Shown piece by piece: positions 26,761-41,661 of a stretch of 64,000 nucleotides of DNA. The DNA is taken from NCBI RefSeq assembly GCF_009914755.1, contig NC_060930.1; one strand, 5' to 3'. Numbering within the stretch: position 1 is the first letter of the stretch; every line of letters starts with the position of its first letter. The DNA comes from the human T2T-CHM13v2.0 reference genome, Homo sapiens. The notes under the pieces are model-generated. The model was not told where the DNA came from, did not search any database, and was given only the letters and a program-made list of their open reading frames with translations. The translations under genes and the position numbers were made by a program.

Positions 26761-27461
26761 TTTGTATATCAGGTGGTTCTGTCATCTGGGGAATGAACTG
26801 CTGTTATCTCTGCAGGTTTGTAGAGATATTAATTTAGGAAATCAGACCAGCTCTGGTAAATCTGTAGCTATCGGCTTTTGTAAGTTGCATATTTAAGGTT
26901 ACTTTATGGAACAATGCAAGTCTTGCAAAGGTCAGAGCATGAAGACTAAAAATGAATTAGTTCTGCTTAGAGATTTACATCAGATCTTTCCATGCTTGAA
27001 ACTTTCTTTTTTTCTTCTTCTTACTGGGTTTCCTAGCAACATATTTTGCCATTACCATGGGATATTCTGATAGTGAAACTGTAGTGTCTTTGCATTTATC
27101 TATCCTGAAATAATATACTTGGCAATTGCATTTCCTAACTAGCTATCTAATTTTATATATATAATGTATATATATATGCATATTTATGACATTTGATGAA
27201 AATAGTATGTATGCATATTGTGTAATATTTAAATCTTTTATATAGCCATGATTCTCAAAAGTATCCTTGGCAATAGGATTTATTTTTAATTTCTGGGAAA
27301 AGTTATCTAAGTGTCTATATACTTAGTTTTAACTCTTTTTTTTTTTTTTAAGATAGCCACACTGGTTTTTTTGTGTTGTTGTTGTTAATTTAATTATTTT
27401 TATTAAAGACTTTATTTTTTACAGCAGTTTTAGGTTAATACCAAAATAAAGAGACAGGTAA

Positions 27462-27836
<375 letters not shown>

Positions 27837-29485
27837 TATAGTTGTTGAGCCTGTATTGACACATTGTAATCCCTGAATCCGTTTTCATTAGGGTTCCCTA
27901 TTGATGTTATATATTCTGTGGATTTGGACAAATGCATAGTGGCCAGTATCCATCATTATAGTATCATGCAGAGTACTTTCACTGCCATGACAAACCTCTG
28001 TGCTCCATCCATTCATCTCTGCGCCCCAGCCAACCCTTGCAACCACTGATCTTTTTACTGTCTCTGTAGGTTTTCCTTTTCCAGATATCATATAGTTGGA
28101 ATCATACAATATGTAGCCATTTTGGATTGGCTTCTTTCACTTAATAATACGCATTTAAAGTTCCTTCGTGTCTTTTCATGGCCTGATAGCTCATTTCTTT
28201 TTAGCTGAATAATATTTCATTGTCTGATTATCACAGTTTATTTATCCATTCACCCAATGAAGGACATCTCAGTTGCTCTCATGGTTTGGTAATTATGAAT
28301 AAGACAGCTATGAACATCCATGAGCAGGTTTTTATGTGGGTATAAGTTTTTGACACCTTTGAGTAAATGCCAAGAAGCGCAATTTTTGTATTCTATGGTA
28401 AGAATACATTTAATTTTGTAAGAAACCGCTAAACTGTCTTCCAAAGTGGCTGTACCGTTTCGCATTTCTACAAACAATGAATGAGAGTTCTTACTGCTTC
28501 ACATCCTCACCAGCATTTGGTATTGTTAGTGTTGCAGATTTTGGACATTCTGACAGGCATGTAGAAGTATCTCATTCTTGTTTTAATATGCATTTCCAGG
28601 TGATATATGATGTGGAGCATTTTCTTGTATGCTTATTTGACATCTGTATATTTTCTTTGTTGAGGTGTCTATTAAAGTTTCTGACCCACTTTTAAATTAT
28701 GTTGTTTGTTTTCATATTGTTCACTTTTAAATGTTCTTTGTATATTTTGGGTAATAGTCTTTTATCAAATGTCTTTTGCAAATATTGTTGCCCAGTCTTT
28801 GGCTTGTCTTCATATTCTCTTGAAATTTGCTTTTAATTTAGTGAAGTCTACCTTATCGATTTGTTTTTTATGGATCATCTCTTTGGGGTTTTGTCTAAAA
28901 TATAAATACCATAACCAAGTTATCTAGATTTTCTTCTGTGTCATCTCATAGGAGCTTATAGTTTTGTGTTTTACATTTAAATCTCTCTTTTGTGTTGATT
29001 TTGTGAAAGGTGTAAGGTTTGTGTCTAGAGTCACTTTTTTTTGCATCTGGATGTCCAGTTGTTCTACCATTTGTAGAAAAGACTATCCTTGCTCCATTGT
29101 ACTGACTTTCCTCCTTTATCAAAAATCATTGACTATATCTGTGTAGGTCTTTCTGTGCTATTTTGTTCCACTGATTTATCTGTCTGTTCTTTAGGCAATA
29201 CCATATTTTTTTGATGATTGTAGCTTTATGGGCAGTACTGAAGCTGGGTGGTGTCAGTCCTCTCATCTTCAATATTGTGTTGACTATTTTGGGTTTTTTG
29301 CCTTTCCATATAAGCTTTAGAATCAATTTGTTGATATGTATAAAATAAGTTTCTGGGATTTTGATTTAGATTTCATTGAAGCTATAGATCAAGTTGGGAA
29401 AACCTGACATCTTGACATTGTTTCCTATTCCTATTCATGAAAAGTATTTTTCAATGTATGTACTTCTTTGATTTTGTTTTTGTAG

Positions 29486-29912
<427 letters not shown>

Positions 29913-29970
29913 AGTATTGTGTTTTTAATATGAAATTCCACTTGTTCATAGCTGGTATGTAAGAAGGTGA

Positions 29971-30341
<371 letters not shown>

Positions 30342-31879
30342 GTTCCAGGAGTTTTTTTGTCAATTCTTCTATATTTTCTACATAGACAATCATGTCACCA
30401 GTGAAAAAGACTATTTTATTCTTCCTTCCCAATCTGTGTATTTTAATTCATTTTCTTTATCTTATTGAATTAGCTAGTACTTCTAGTATGATGTTGAAAA
30501 GTGGTATCAAAGAGGGAGCATCATAACCTTGTTTTTATCTTAATAGAAAAGCTTTGACTTTCTCGCCATTAAGTATACTAGCTGTAGGATTTTTTGTAGA
30601 TATGATTTAGTAAGTTGAGGTTCCCCACTATACCTAGTTTACTGAGAGATTTTATGATGAATGGGCATTGGATTTTGTCAGATGCTTTTTTTTTGCGTGT
30701 ACTGATATGATCATTTGATTTTTATTTATTAGCTTGTTGATGTAATGGACTACATGAGTTGGTATTTGCATGTTGAACCAGCCTTACATACATGTGATAA
30801 ATCCCACTTGGTTGTGGTGTATAATTCTTTTTATACGTTGTTGGATTTGATTTGCTACTGCTCTGTTGAGGATTTCTATATCTATGTTCATGAGAGATCT
30901 TAGTCTTTTGTTTTCTTGTATTGTCTGTATCTGGTTTGGGTATTAGCACAGTTCTAGCCTTTTAGAAGGAATGAGAAGTATTCTCTGCTTCTATCCTCAT
31001 TTTAGCTGGATAAATGAAAAAATAATGTGTTTATTTAAATTTAGTAACCATTTCACCGACATCTCCTTGTATCCAGTTTCATTCAATCAGTTGCCATTAC
31101 TATTGAATTATATCACAAAAATAGAGGAGCATTTGAAATTCCACCCACCCATGTTTGTTAATCAGACTGATCAGTTTATTCATGTTTAGGTTCTCAGCCT
31201 AAGTTTTTCTGTGTGCGTTCTTGTTTTTGGTACGTGGCTATCAAAGTATTCTGTACATAGTTGTCATTTTTTAAAAAATAGGAAAAGAGATAAATCTATT
31301 TACAATCTATCTGCCCATCTATTCATGCATAAGTAAAGGTTATTTATGTTTTGATTATGCCTTTCTCTCATGACTAAAGAGTAATCTTGTTTTGTTCTTT
31401 TTCATAGATATTTTCTTGAGTACATAAAGCAAAGCAAGTGTGGTGTTTACTCTTCAATTTTGGAAGAGACTCTCTATGTGCAGACACAGAGAGACATCAC
31501 ATTGCATAAATGAGTGAATTCTTTATTTTGTGGTTATGATCTTATAGCTGTTTTTCAGCTTGTATGTAATGGAATGTATGCACCTCTTCTCTTCAAAACA
31601 ATTGTGTTGTCTTGGGCTGCTACTGCCTAGAATTCTGTAGAAATGCTTTATCGCGTGAAATGTTACCTTATTATAATTTTTTGTATTCTTCTGTCCACAC
31701 TACTTAGTGTTTTCTTCTCCGGCTCCCCCTGAGGTTCATGGTTGGACAGTACACTGTGGTTCCTGCTTACCCCAGTCTCTGTTGTGAGTTGTATACATTT
31801 ATAAGCATTAAATCAAATACTCACCTGTAAAACGTTCATTAAAATACACCTTCTCTACAATATTATTGGAAAGTCAAAA

Positions 31880-32762
31880 TGGAATATTTCAAAAATTGAA
31901 ATAATACAAAAATAAAAATACTATGATACAAAAATAAAAATACTGTAAAACCAAAATAAAACAAATATCCATGAGTTCATATTAGTATTAATACATGATC
32001 AAATAACAAATGGTGGAGAAGGGATAATGCCTCATTATATAAAAATATTACTATCTTTAGAACTCGCTACTCTGGAAGGTGAATCTTAATTCCCTACCCT
32101 TGAGTAGGGAATTAAGGGAATTGAGTAGGCTGGACAAAGTGACTTATTTCCAAAAGGTAATATATGAAAAGGGAAAAACAGAAGTAAATTTACTTTTGAG
32201 AATCTTGGCAGTAAGAACCTTAACCAAATGACAAAGATTAATATTACCACGAGAAATTTTGTTGATATCATGTACCCCTTGATATGATGTGATGAGAAGT
32301 GCACTGCACTTCTGTGGCATTCTTCCCCAAAATCTATAGCTGCAGTCTCATCATGAGAAAAACAGGAGGTAAAACCAAATGGAGGGACCTCACAATACCT
32401 GAACAGTTGTCTTAAAAACTGCCAAGGTCACAAAAAATTAGGTAAGATGAGGAACCGTCACAATTTGGAATGAAGCTAAGGAAAATGGTGACTAAATGAA
32501 ATATGGTGTCCTGGCTTTCATCCTGGACCAAAAAAAAAAAGGTGACATTAGTGGAAAACACGGTGAAATCTGAATTATGTCTGTAGTTTAGTTCATTGTA
32601 ATGTACTAATGTTAATTGTTTGCTTTTGAGAAAAGTACAAATGGTTATGTAAAAATGTTAACATTAGGGGAAGTGTGGTGAAGGTTACACAGGAACTCTA
32701 CTGTCTTTGCAACCTTTTTGTAAATCTAAAATTATCAAAATTAATGTTTATCAAAAAATAAA
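31880..32762 (+). mobile_element. L1MC3/4-like 3'UTR
   Basis: gatatgatgtgatgagaag...tcatgagaaaaaca...gttaacattaggggaag...ttgcaacctttttgtaaatctaaaatt. Confidence 0.8.
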
Positions 32763-33179
32763 ATATTATGAGTACCTCAAAACACTCCTCTCCGACTTAT
32801 TTCTCATTCCCCACAAACGATGCACATTAAAATAACCTTGATCAACAAATGAGTGAATGTTGACATATTAGAATATGCTCTGATGTTACATAAATCCGAG
32901 GTGTTTGTTACATTCATTCATATTGTAAAAGTAGCATATGCTCATTATAAGTATCAGAAGAAATGAAATCACCCATATTTTGTTTTACCATCCAGGAATA
33001 ACTACTCTTAACTGTTTATACTTAAAAATCACTTTACAAATGTATGGTTGGTATTTTATATAGCATTTGATTTATGCTGCATGTTTTATTTTATACCTGA
33101 CTTTTTTTTTTCATTTAGAAATGTGTTATTACACCATTCTCGGAGAAAGTGACTTTTAAGATTGTGTAAGCAAACCTGC

Positions 33180-33620
33180 TATGTCAAATAGGATTTCCAA
33201 TTATTGTCTTCCAGCTCCATAGGTCCTACAACCCTCTATCATACCCCATTTGAGTTAGTGGGATTCTGTCCTTCCAGTTGTTAGCAAAAATGGTACTCAT
33301 CCTTGACAACTCTTGTTTCTCTTCCACCCACATTTAATCTATCAAGACATTGTGTTGATTCTACCTTTAAAATATATCCAGAATCCAACTACTTCTCACT
33401 TACTCTTTTACCCCTCAGGTCCAAGCTCATCATCTTTCCCTTTGATAACTGTTTGATTTTTACGAATGTAACACAGTTTATTCTCAATGTAATAGTCTGA
33501 GTGATTGTGTTAACAAAAATTCATGTCTTTCCTCCACTCAAAAATTTTCCTTGGCCTATCTTACCACTCAGAGTAAAACCGAAGTCCTTACTATGCTCTG
33601 ACATTCTTTCTGATTTTTTT
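33180..33620 (+). mobile_element. L2 fragment
   Basis: catccttgacaactc...ttctacctttaaaatatatccagaatccaactacttctcac...cactcagagtaaaaccgaagtcctta. Confidence 0.7.
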
Positions 33621-36600
33621 TTCTGATTTCATTGTCTAGCTTAGTGTTGGGCTATTTCTTATTTAGAGGGAATCTGAGACAGTTTTCATTTCTGTTTTAC
33701 TGTGGAACATTCCATCTTGTGGAAAGTGATGTGAAAATTACCTTTCAATATATTATTTCCAAGATGTCCTTGTGCATGGAATTAGTTGCACAGATTGTGG
33801 GAAGTTTTGTAGAGGGAACTTGACTTTGCTCTGAGAAAGGACAGTGTGTATAAAACAGAGTTATGCAAGTATAAAGTATACCTTGGTAGTAGGATCTTGC
33901 AGAAGAAACAAGACTTTGAAGTGGTGGACCATAATAGGAGAAAAAGTTAGCCCTAAATAGGATTTTCCAGGAAAGAATGGCAGAGTACCTAATACAATAT
34001 TCTTAGAAAATATACACCAAAAGTTTGTTTCAGGAATGCAACAATGATTTTAAATTTTCTCTTTTTTTCTGAAATCAAGAGAACTGAAATAAGACAAATA
34101 CGATGTTTTAATAAGTGAATAACCATAAGCCAAAGTCCTTAAGTCAACCTTTTAGTTTCTAATATATATGGAAACTTAACTGAAAGGGTTTTGAAAGCTA
34201 CTTCATAAATTCTCTCCGTTATGAATCTATATTTTGCTGCTTTTATTACCTCATAAATTCTGGAGAATGATTTATATAATAATGAGTGTCCTTGTCTCTC
34301 CATTGCTGATCAAGAGAGCAATAAACCAGTTTTTATATAAAAGTTATAATATTTATTCTGCTACTGTCTGAAGTAGTTTTTACTTGAGTTATGTCAAATT
34401 TCCACTCTTAGGAAGGTTTTCGATTTTACATTTGGAAAAAAAGTGATACTGTAAAATGCCGTTTGATGAAAAATACCTAATATATTGATTTTGTTTCACA
34501 TAAGGAATCAAAATAAATGTGCTTCAGGCAAAAGAGTCTATCTACAGACACGCATAAAGTAAACACAACTCTTGGAGGGATCATTATGTTAAAGCAGTGT
34601 GTTTTATTACCTTTCTACTCAAGGGGGTCAGGGGACCAGCGCATCTTTTTAAATGAGTAATTGCCATTTAAACGTGCATTTGAAATCAAGTGTCTTTCAA
34701 AAAAGTGTGAGATTTCACCCTGTATGCTAGAAAAAGGCAATTTACCTCCTAAGGTTAGATTAGAAAATCTATTCTTTCTCCCTTTGCCCACTTAAGGATG
34801 CTGCTAGCAATGTGTTTTCTCGCATATGGATAATGACTCTCTCTCACAATTTAACCTGCAGAATTGCTAGTCATACTTAGCTTTCAGCTCCATCTGCACC
34901 GTAGCTATCCTGCCCTGCTTCAAGTCCAGGAAGCAGAACAGCTCAAGAACAGAGGGCAGCAGCTAGTTTATGCTGCTTAGGGGGAGAGGGACTCTGTGTG
35001 TCCTGTTTGGTTAGCACAGAAGGCTGGCAGAACAGAGCATATCCTTCCCACTTGAACTTGCAGAAGGAAAAAGGATCTCGAAGGTCATTAAGGTACTTCT
35101 AAACCTAAACACTCCAAAAAAAAAAAAAAAATTGGAGTCAATTTCAGAGTAACTTTTACAAGTCGTAAACTTTGTAATTAATATAATTTTTAGTACTTTA
35201 AGAAAAATACTGTGAAGTTATTTAAAAATGACTTATAGTCTCCTCATCTGTAAAAGTTATTTTAATTTGATTTGATTTATGGAAATGTGATTAGCAGACA
35301 ATCTTTAGATGCTTAAGTGTGTCTATAAAGAATATGTACTCCAATCCTATTCTTTCTGTTGAGTTACTCCTAAACAACACAAAATAAGCATTTCGTTTTG
35401 TTTTGTTTCATTAAAAAAAATGTTCTTAGAGAGTTTGTAGTTCCCTTTAATAGCCCAATCTTTTTCTAACTTTACGAATTTCTTTTCACTTTGGCTGTTA
35501 ACTACCCTCTCTCCCACCTACTTTTTCTTTTGCAACACTACAGCAAAATTGAGGTTAGCTAGTAGCATACTGTTAGTCATTAATTCTGCTTTTAAATAAC
35601 TGAATGGTTATATGTTATTTCCAGTCTCCTTTTTGATTCATGGGTATTTATCTAGGGATTATTAATAGAGAGAATATAGGAATGATTATGACAGAAGATG
35701 TTCCTATGCTCAAAATGTCGCTCTTCAAAATCAGAAGCCTCTTGAAGGATATAAGCAAATGTTACAGAAAACATGCTTCAAATGTCAAGAAAACAATATA
35801 CAAAGCAAAACTCTTAACAGCAATAAATGGATCATTAAAAAACTTTCCCTGCAGGTGGATATGATTAAAAATAAATTGATTTCTAACAGTTTTTGTTTTC
35901 CACATTTTCAATTTCATGGATGTTATTTTTGGCCTAATATTTTAGATAAAATAATAATCACCTTGAAAGCTTTTTTTCTTCCACAGTTTATAACCTTTAG
36001 TATTCATAAGTATGGCAGGAACAGTAATTGACAAATGCTTTATGTTTATGTGCATGTGTTAGTCTGTATGTTTGTGTGTATTTAATTACTACTGTTATCC
36101 AGAGTACTTAGGCAAATTCTGTATTCTTCGTATATGATTATATAATGTTCTAAAAACATTCACTTTTTTAAACTATAAAAGTCATATTCAGAAGATTTAC
36201 GTATAAATTTATATCTCTTCTGCCAAAAAATTATACAACCATAGGGAAAAAATGAAACACAGTTTTTCCTTTTAATCAAAGATGATTTTTAAGTTTGCAA
36301 AACTATCAGCAAAAACTCACATATTTGTACCTAAAGAGATGTTAGATTGAAGGAAAACTTGTAATTGTCTAACCTGATTATTTTTATGATTTACATTGAA
36401 GAAAAACAATAATAATTTTTAACTTCGTTATATTTTTATGATTTTAAGTAATTGCTTATGTAGGTATTGCAATTCTGAAAGGACAAAATAGTCATGGATG
36501 TCAAACATCTAAGATCTTTTTGAGGTACTTGTCCTGTCTTGAAATACACAAGAATTTATAGTGCTTAGAAAAATGAAAATGCATTATTCAGTTTTTATTG

Positions 36601-38073
36601 TACTCTGGCTTTTGGGGATCAAAAAGCAGAAAATAGTACAATAAGACTACATTTCATTATCCTGGGATTTGTATGTATTAGAAAGAACACTTTAATTAAT
36701 TACACTTGATATTTTTATAGTTTATATACTATTTATATATGTTTCCTGTAGGGATGTTAGAAAACTTTTCAAAGTGTAGTCTAGATAGGATTTTACAGCT
36801 TTCTGTAAAAGGAAAACAAATTGTTTCTTTGAGGCCATCAAAATTATTACTTTTCTTTCTATTTCACAATTGCTTAAGGTTGCAAACCAGTAGGACTTCT
36901 TTCCTCTGTGTTTTTTAAATGCAATGTAGATCTGATACAAATGTCCAAACTCAGGTACTTTTGAACTATAGCACAACTGTTATTCTATACCTGCACTAAG
37001 CAAATTGCCTAGTCTAGAAAGTGTGAATAGGGCGGTATATGTACACAAATAGAAGAAGAAAAAGAAGCTTAAACATCTTCTTTTTTCTTTTGCACCGTAT
37101 CTTTGGGAACTTTAACATAGCTCTCTCATTGGAACCAATTTGTAGGTATGATTAACTGCTAACAAGTACTTGAGATATTCTTAATTCAATTATCTTGGAT
37201 GAGGTCCAAAGTAAACTGGCCTAACATCTATAATCAGTGTTACAATCGTGAGATGTCAGAGTATAGTATATGTGTTTTCAAGGCATAGTAATTAAATATG
37301 GAGACATAAGGCTGAAAGGAGTGACTTGCTTTATAACACTATATATTACAGTCCCTTTGAAAAGTAAGCAGACCACTGCCCTTATCACTGCAGGGACAAA
37401 TTCAGTTGTGATGGTAATTTACACCTCATAACTTTCTTTTATGACATCCATCCATCATCAACAGGAAGTCTGTACACAGTCTAAGGAAGTTTCCCAGATA
37501 TGACATTCTGGGTAGGGCTCCCAGTCTCCTGAAGAGAGTAATGCAACCAATGGTCACGGGAACCACTTCACCTTAACAGCTGCTGAGTCAGCCCTACATA
37601 ACCCTCAACGTCCAGGATGCTATGGATTTTTAAAACATTTCAATCATTTTCATCAGCAAAAGGAAAACCAACAAAGCTAACAGTAGCAATAGTCAAGGGA
37701 TCCTCCATCATCATTAAGACTGTGGCTTAAGTTTTCTTGGATCAGTTATTGTATAACTTTGTCAGTCAAGCAACTATAGGATGACTTACAGGATGACAGG
37801 TGTAGGATGGTTTTCAAAAGTCGCATTGAGAGCTCCATTTTATGCACTACTAAACTGTTGGATACTGTTAGTAGATAATGGGAAGATTCCATAGTAGATG
37901 AAGTGGAAAGGTTAATTAGCCCATTGTGATTTTAGGACTATCTGTCTACCAACATCAGTAGACATCTGATTTTTCTTTGTTGTTTCCCTAGCTCCAAGGT
38001 GGTAAAATAATGCTAACAAGACAATTTATTCAAATTACTTGGAGACATTATACACAAAAATAAATTTGTGGCA

Positions 38074-38450
38074 CGTATTAGTCTGCTTGGGCTGCCAAAA
38101 CAAAATACCACACACTGGGTGGCTTAAACAGCAGATATGTATTTCTCACAACTGTGGCAGCTGAGAAATCCAAGATCAAAGTGCCAGATAATTCAGTTCC
38201 TGGTGAGGGCTCTCTTCCTGGCTTGTAGATGGGCACCTTCTTAATATCCTTATGTGGTGGAGTAAAAGTACTCTCATGCCTTTTTCTTTTCTTATAAGGA
38301 CACTAGACCTATCAGATTAGAGCCCTATCCTTATGACCTTGTTTAACCTTTATCATCTCCTCAGAGGCCCTATATACAAATATAGTCTTGTTGGGGGTTA
38401 GGACTTCAACATATGAATATTGAGGAGACACAACCATTTAGTCCATAACA
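38074..38450 (-). mobile_element. MLT1A/B MaLR solo LTR
   Basis: gtattagtctgcttgggctgcc...ctgggtggcttaaaca...gggttaggacttcaacatatgaat...gtccataaca. Confidence 0.88.
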
Positions 38451-38805
38451 GTATATAAATAATAAGATTGATATATTCTATTGCACTTCTTAAGAACTTT
38501 ACAACTTCAGCAAGTGGAATCTTTGGCAATGATGACTGATTTGACTCTTGTCTATGTTTTTGTTTTTTTTTTCCCTAATTTAACGTCCACTTAGAGGATT
38601 AGCTCTGCCCAATGCTATGGGATCATTCTTGTTCTGAAACTAGGAACAGCTAAAGACCCCATGCTAGTTAATGCTTAGTCTGAGTGTCTGTAGTTTTTGC
38701 TCTGAATTTCTACTCAAGCTCTACGAGTGAGGCTCCTTCCTCTTATCTGGTCCAGTTCTTTATGTGAACTCAAGTAACTAGATCCTGGTCTTATCTATTC
38801 AGTGC

Positions 38806-39557
38806 TGTAATACATACCTTCAGGGTGGCTGATTTACTCAGCCACTCAAACCCATTGTGGGATAGGGGTACACAGGTGAGCAAGTGCACGAGCTGGGGCA
38901 AGTGCCTTTGGGTGCTGGCAGGAATGAACCCTGTACCGGCCTGCGACAATATCTAGGGTTGTCCATGACCTCTGGAGCCCCAGAGGGTGTGTGGTACAAA
39001 CAATTCTCTTTTAGCTTTGCCACTGCACACAGCTTAAGTGTTAAACACTCAGTGAAGACTCAGTGTGACAGACTTTTTGGGTTCCCGCACCCAGTGTGTC
39101 CCGAATTCTTGTCCAGAATCCAGGAAGAATCAGGTCACACAAATGGATTGAAGGGTGGTGTATGCAGAGAGTTTTATTGAGCAATGGCAGTGACTCTTAA
39201 TAGGATGGGGAGCTGGAAAGGGGATGGAGCAAGAAGATAATCTTCCCCTGGAGTTTGGCTGGGGATGAACCATAGTCCCCAATGTTCAGCTGCCTCTTCT
39301 CCTCTCAATGTTCAGATGCTTCTTCTCTCCTTCTCTGCCGAGCCACTCTGCCCCTTTGCCAGGGGAGCTTGGGGTTTTTATGGGTACAGGGCAAGGTGTG
39401 TGGAGGGCCAGGGTGGTTTTGGAAAAGGTATCTTTTGGTCGGGACAACAGGAATGCATATTTTTATTTAGGGCTGTGAGTCCAGGCTTGAGGGTGGAGCC
39501 CTCACCAGTGACCTCGCCCTCTTCTACCCAGTATTTCCCTGCATCCTGTCCTTATCA
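38806..39557 (-). mobile_element. ERV1 solo LTR, LTR27/LTR28/MER52 group
   Basis: ggccagggtggttttggaaaagg...ccaggcttgagggtggagccc...ttctacccagtatttccctgcatcctgtccttatca. Confidence 0.8.
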
Positions 39558-39559
39558 TC

Positions 39560-40091
39560 ACGAAATATGAGACTTAAGAAAGGGTAAGATTATTGAAACT
39601 TATATAGGATCAGAGCTACAGAAAGAACAGGGGTTTGGGGCTTCTGACGGGTGGTGGCGACGCAAGTTATGGGAGGGTAATGGGGGAAGTGTATGGGTGA
39701 ACAAAGGTTGTCTTATGATGCAGCTAAAGTCTCTCAGGTAATAAAAGTTTTCCAGGAACAACCCTAAGAAGAATAGGTGATAGCCTGTGACAAAGTCCGG
39801 GCATGATTTTGACCTCGATCTCTGCTCCTGTGATACACTCTTCCCTGGTTCATGAGATTCCCGTAATGGGGATTAATGACAAAATGACAGATAAGTTCTG
39901 CTTTGGAGGTTCTGTCATCAGGTAGGTAAGACAACTTATGAGAAGGCCTCTGCCCTGCCCTTTTGGGGAGAAAGATGGGTGAGAGACAGGAGGGCAAGAG
40001 AAGGTCGGAGAAGCTTTGGTTCTCCTTTAATTCAAAGCACTCAGCATGCCAAAGTGCCATACTTTGCAGTGTCATTCTCTGAACCCCAACC
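39560..40091 (-). mobile_element. ERV1 LTR, MER34/MER39 group, 3'-truncated
   Basis: Reverse strand starts gttggggttcagagaatgacactgcaaagtatggcactttggcatgctgagtgctttgaattaaagg. Confidence 0.7.
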
Positions 40092-40323
40092 GTGTCCTAA
40101 AGATAAAGAGGAGTTAGATAAGTGTTGGGAGGAAAGCGATTCTGGCAGAGGGAACCAGACGTACAGAGCATTTTGAAGAAGGTAGTGTTTAGCTAAAGCA
40201 TAGATTATGAGAGAGGAATTAGTTTTACTTTGTTTTCACTAACATTTTTCAGGTATTGGAATTTAGATATTCAATCCCATTTTTGTAGGTTTATTTCCTT
40301 CTGCTCCCTGCCTCTATTGCTCA

Positions 40324-40370
40324 CATCCCCTTTAACTGCTGACATCCCCTTTAAATAGCATCCCCTTTAA
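40324..40370. repeat. Three exact copies of CATCCCCTTTAA
   Basis: Copies at 40324-40335, 40343-40354 and 40359-40370. Confidence 0.9.
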
Positions 40371-41418
40371 CCAAATCTCTGTTACTCGTCTCCCCTTAAT
40401 GATCTCTTAGTAGCTAACCTATACACATGTTTTCTGACCAGATGAAATAACTTTCAGGCCATCTAAACTTCAGTTCACACCAGGACAGATCTATGAGGAA
40501 GAGGAGGCAGAGCCTAATCATACTACATGGATACATATGTGCTTCTTCACAAATGCTGTTGTCTAAAGAAAGTAACCAATCCAGATTGATGGCAGAGTTT
40601 ATCTTACCATCTGATTTAAATCCTGCTGTACAAGGCTAACAGATGTGACAATTCCTGAGGTCCTATTTTATGTTCCTTCTACATCACCATATGGCAACCA
40701 TATTTATATGGTCAGTATTAGACATATACTCTTCATCAAGAATTATTTCCAATTTAGAATGATTTGAGGAGATTTGCTATTGTATGCAGGCCTATGGCTA
40801 AATCTCAACAAGTAAAGCCAAACAAAATTACTTAGTTTGAGTGACAAAGGGAATACTGAACAAAAGAATTTAACATTATCTGAGAAGAAATTTGTTTTAA
40901 GATGTTAATTGGAAAACAACCTTAAACACCAATTGAACAGAAGTGTTTTGACTTTTCAAGGGGTCATTGTAGACTTTTGAGACAAATAGATGTTGAAGTG
41001 GAATATTCTGATTATAGGTTTATATGCTTGGAGTGAATCAATATATGTACTTCTATTTGCTGGTAGCTTGCTACACTTCTGAATTAGAGTACAAATACTA
41101 TAAAATGTGATATCTTCTATGGCAAAGAACAGTTTAATAATATGAAGAATCCAGTCATCTGCAATAGTTTAAAAATGGCATAGAATTCAAATAGCTCACA
41201 AGTCTTTTGACATAAATAAAATGTAATAACTTTCAAACATTTCATAGGTAGACATGCAGTCATCAAAAAGAATAATACAAAAGTGACATGACAAATAGAG
41301 ATTTAACAATTTTTGCTCATGTGATGCGTTTTCCTTTTATACTTAACACCAAATCCTGTGTTATCACAAGTGAATTGTATAATTTGGGTTTCTCTTCACC
41401 TTTCTGATTTTTATTATA

Positions 41419-41661
41419 CAGTTGACTCATGAACAACACAAATTTGAACTCTGTGGGCCCACCCATAATCAGGTTTTTTCAGCCAAATGTGGATTGCAAA
41501 TACAGTATTTTCTGGATGTGAAATCCATGTAATAAGGAAGGCTGACTTTTATATATGTGGGTTTTGTAGGTCCGACTGTAGGACTTCAGTGAGTCTGCAT
41601 GGATTTTGGTATACACAGGAGGTCCTGGAACTAATCCCCCACGGATACTGAGTAATGACTG
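41419..41661. mobile_element. MER8 (TcMar-Tigger MITE)
   Basis: cagttgactcatgaacaacac...ggtcctggaactaatcccccacggatactgagtaatgactg, with TA on both sides. Confidence 0.88.

Noticed and set aside
31381-31410. Strong isolated acceptors (AG at 31406, also near 13969, 52046 and 57644)
   Set aside because: No good donor at exon-like distance and no AG|GT. Such tracts are common in AT-rich introns.
35640-36031. Overlapping Lys/Ile-rich ORFs in unique DNA (possible processed pseudogene)
   Set aside because: No recognisable parent, poly(A) tail or TSD. The composition is explained by AT richness.
40324-40370. Repeat-spacer pattern superficially like CRISPR
   Set aside because: 12-bp repeats with 4-7 bp spacers, primate DNA, no cas genes.
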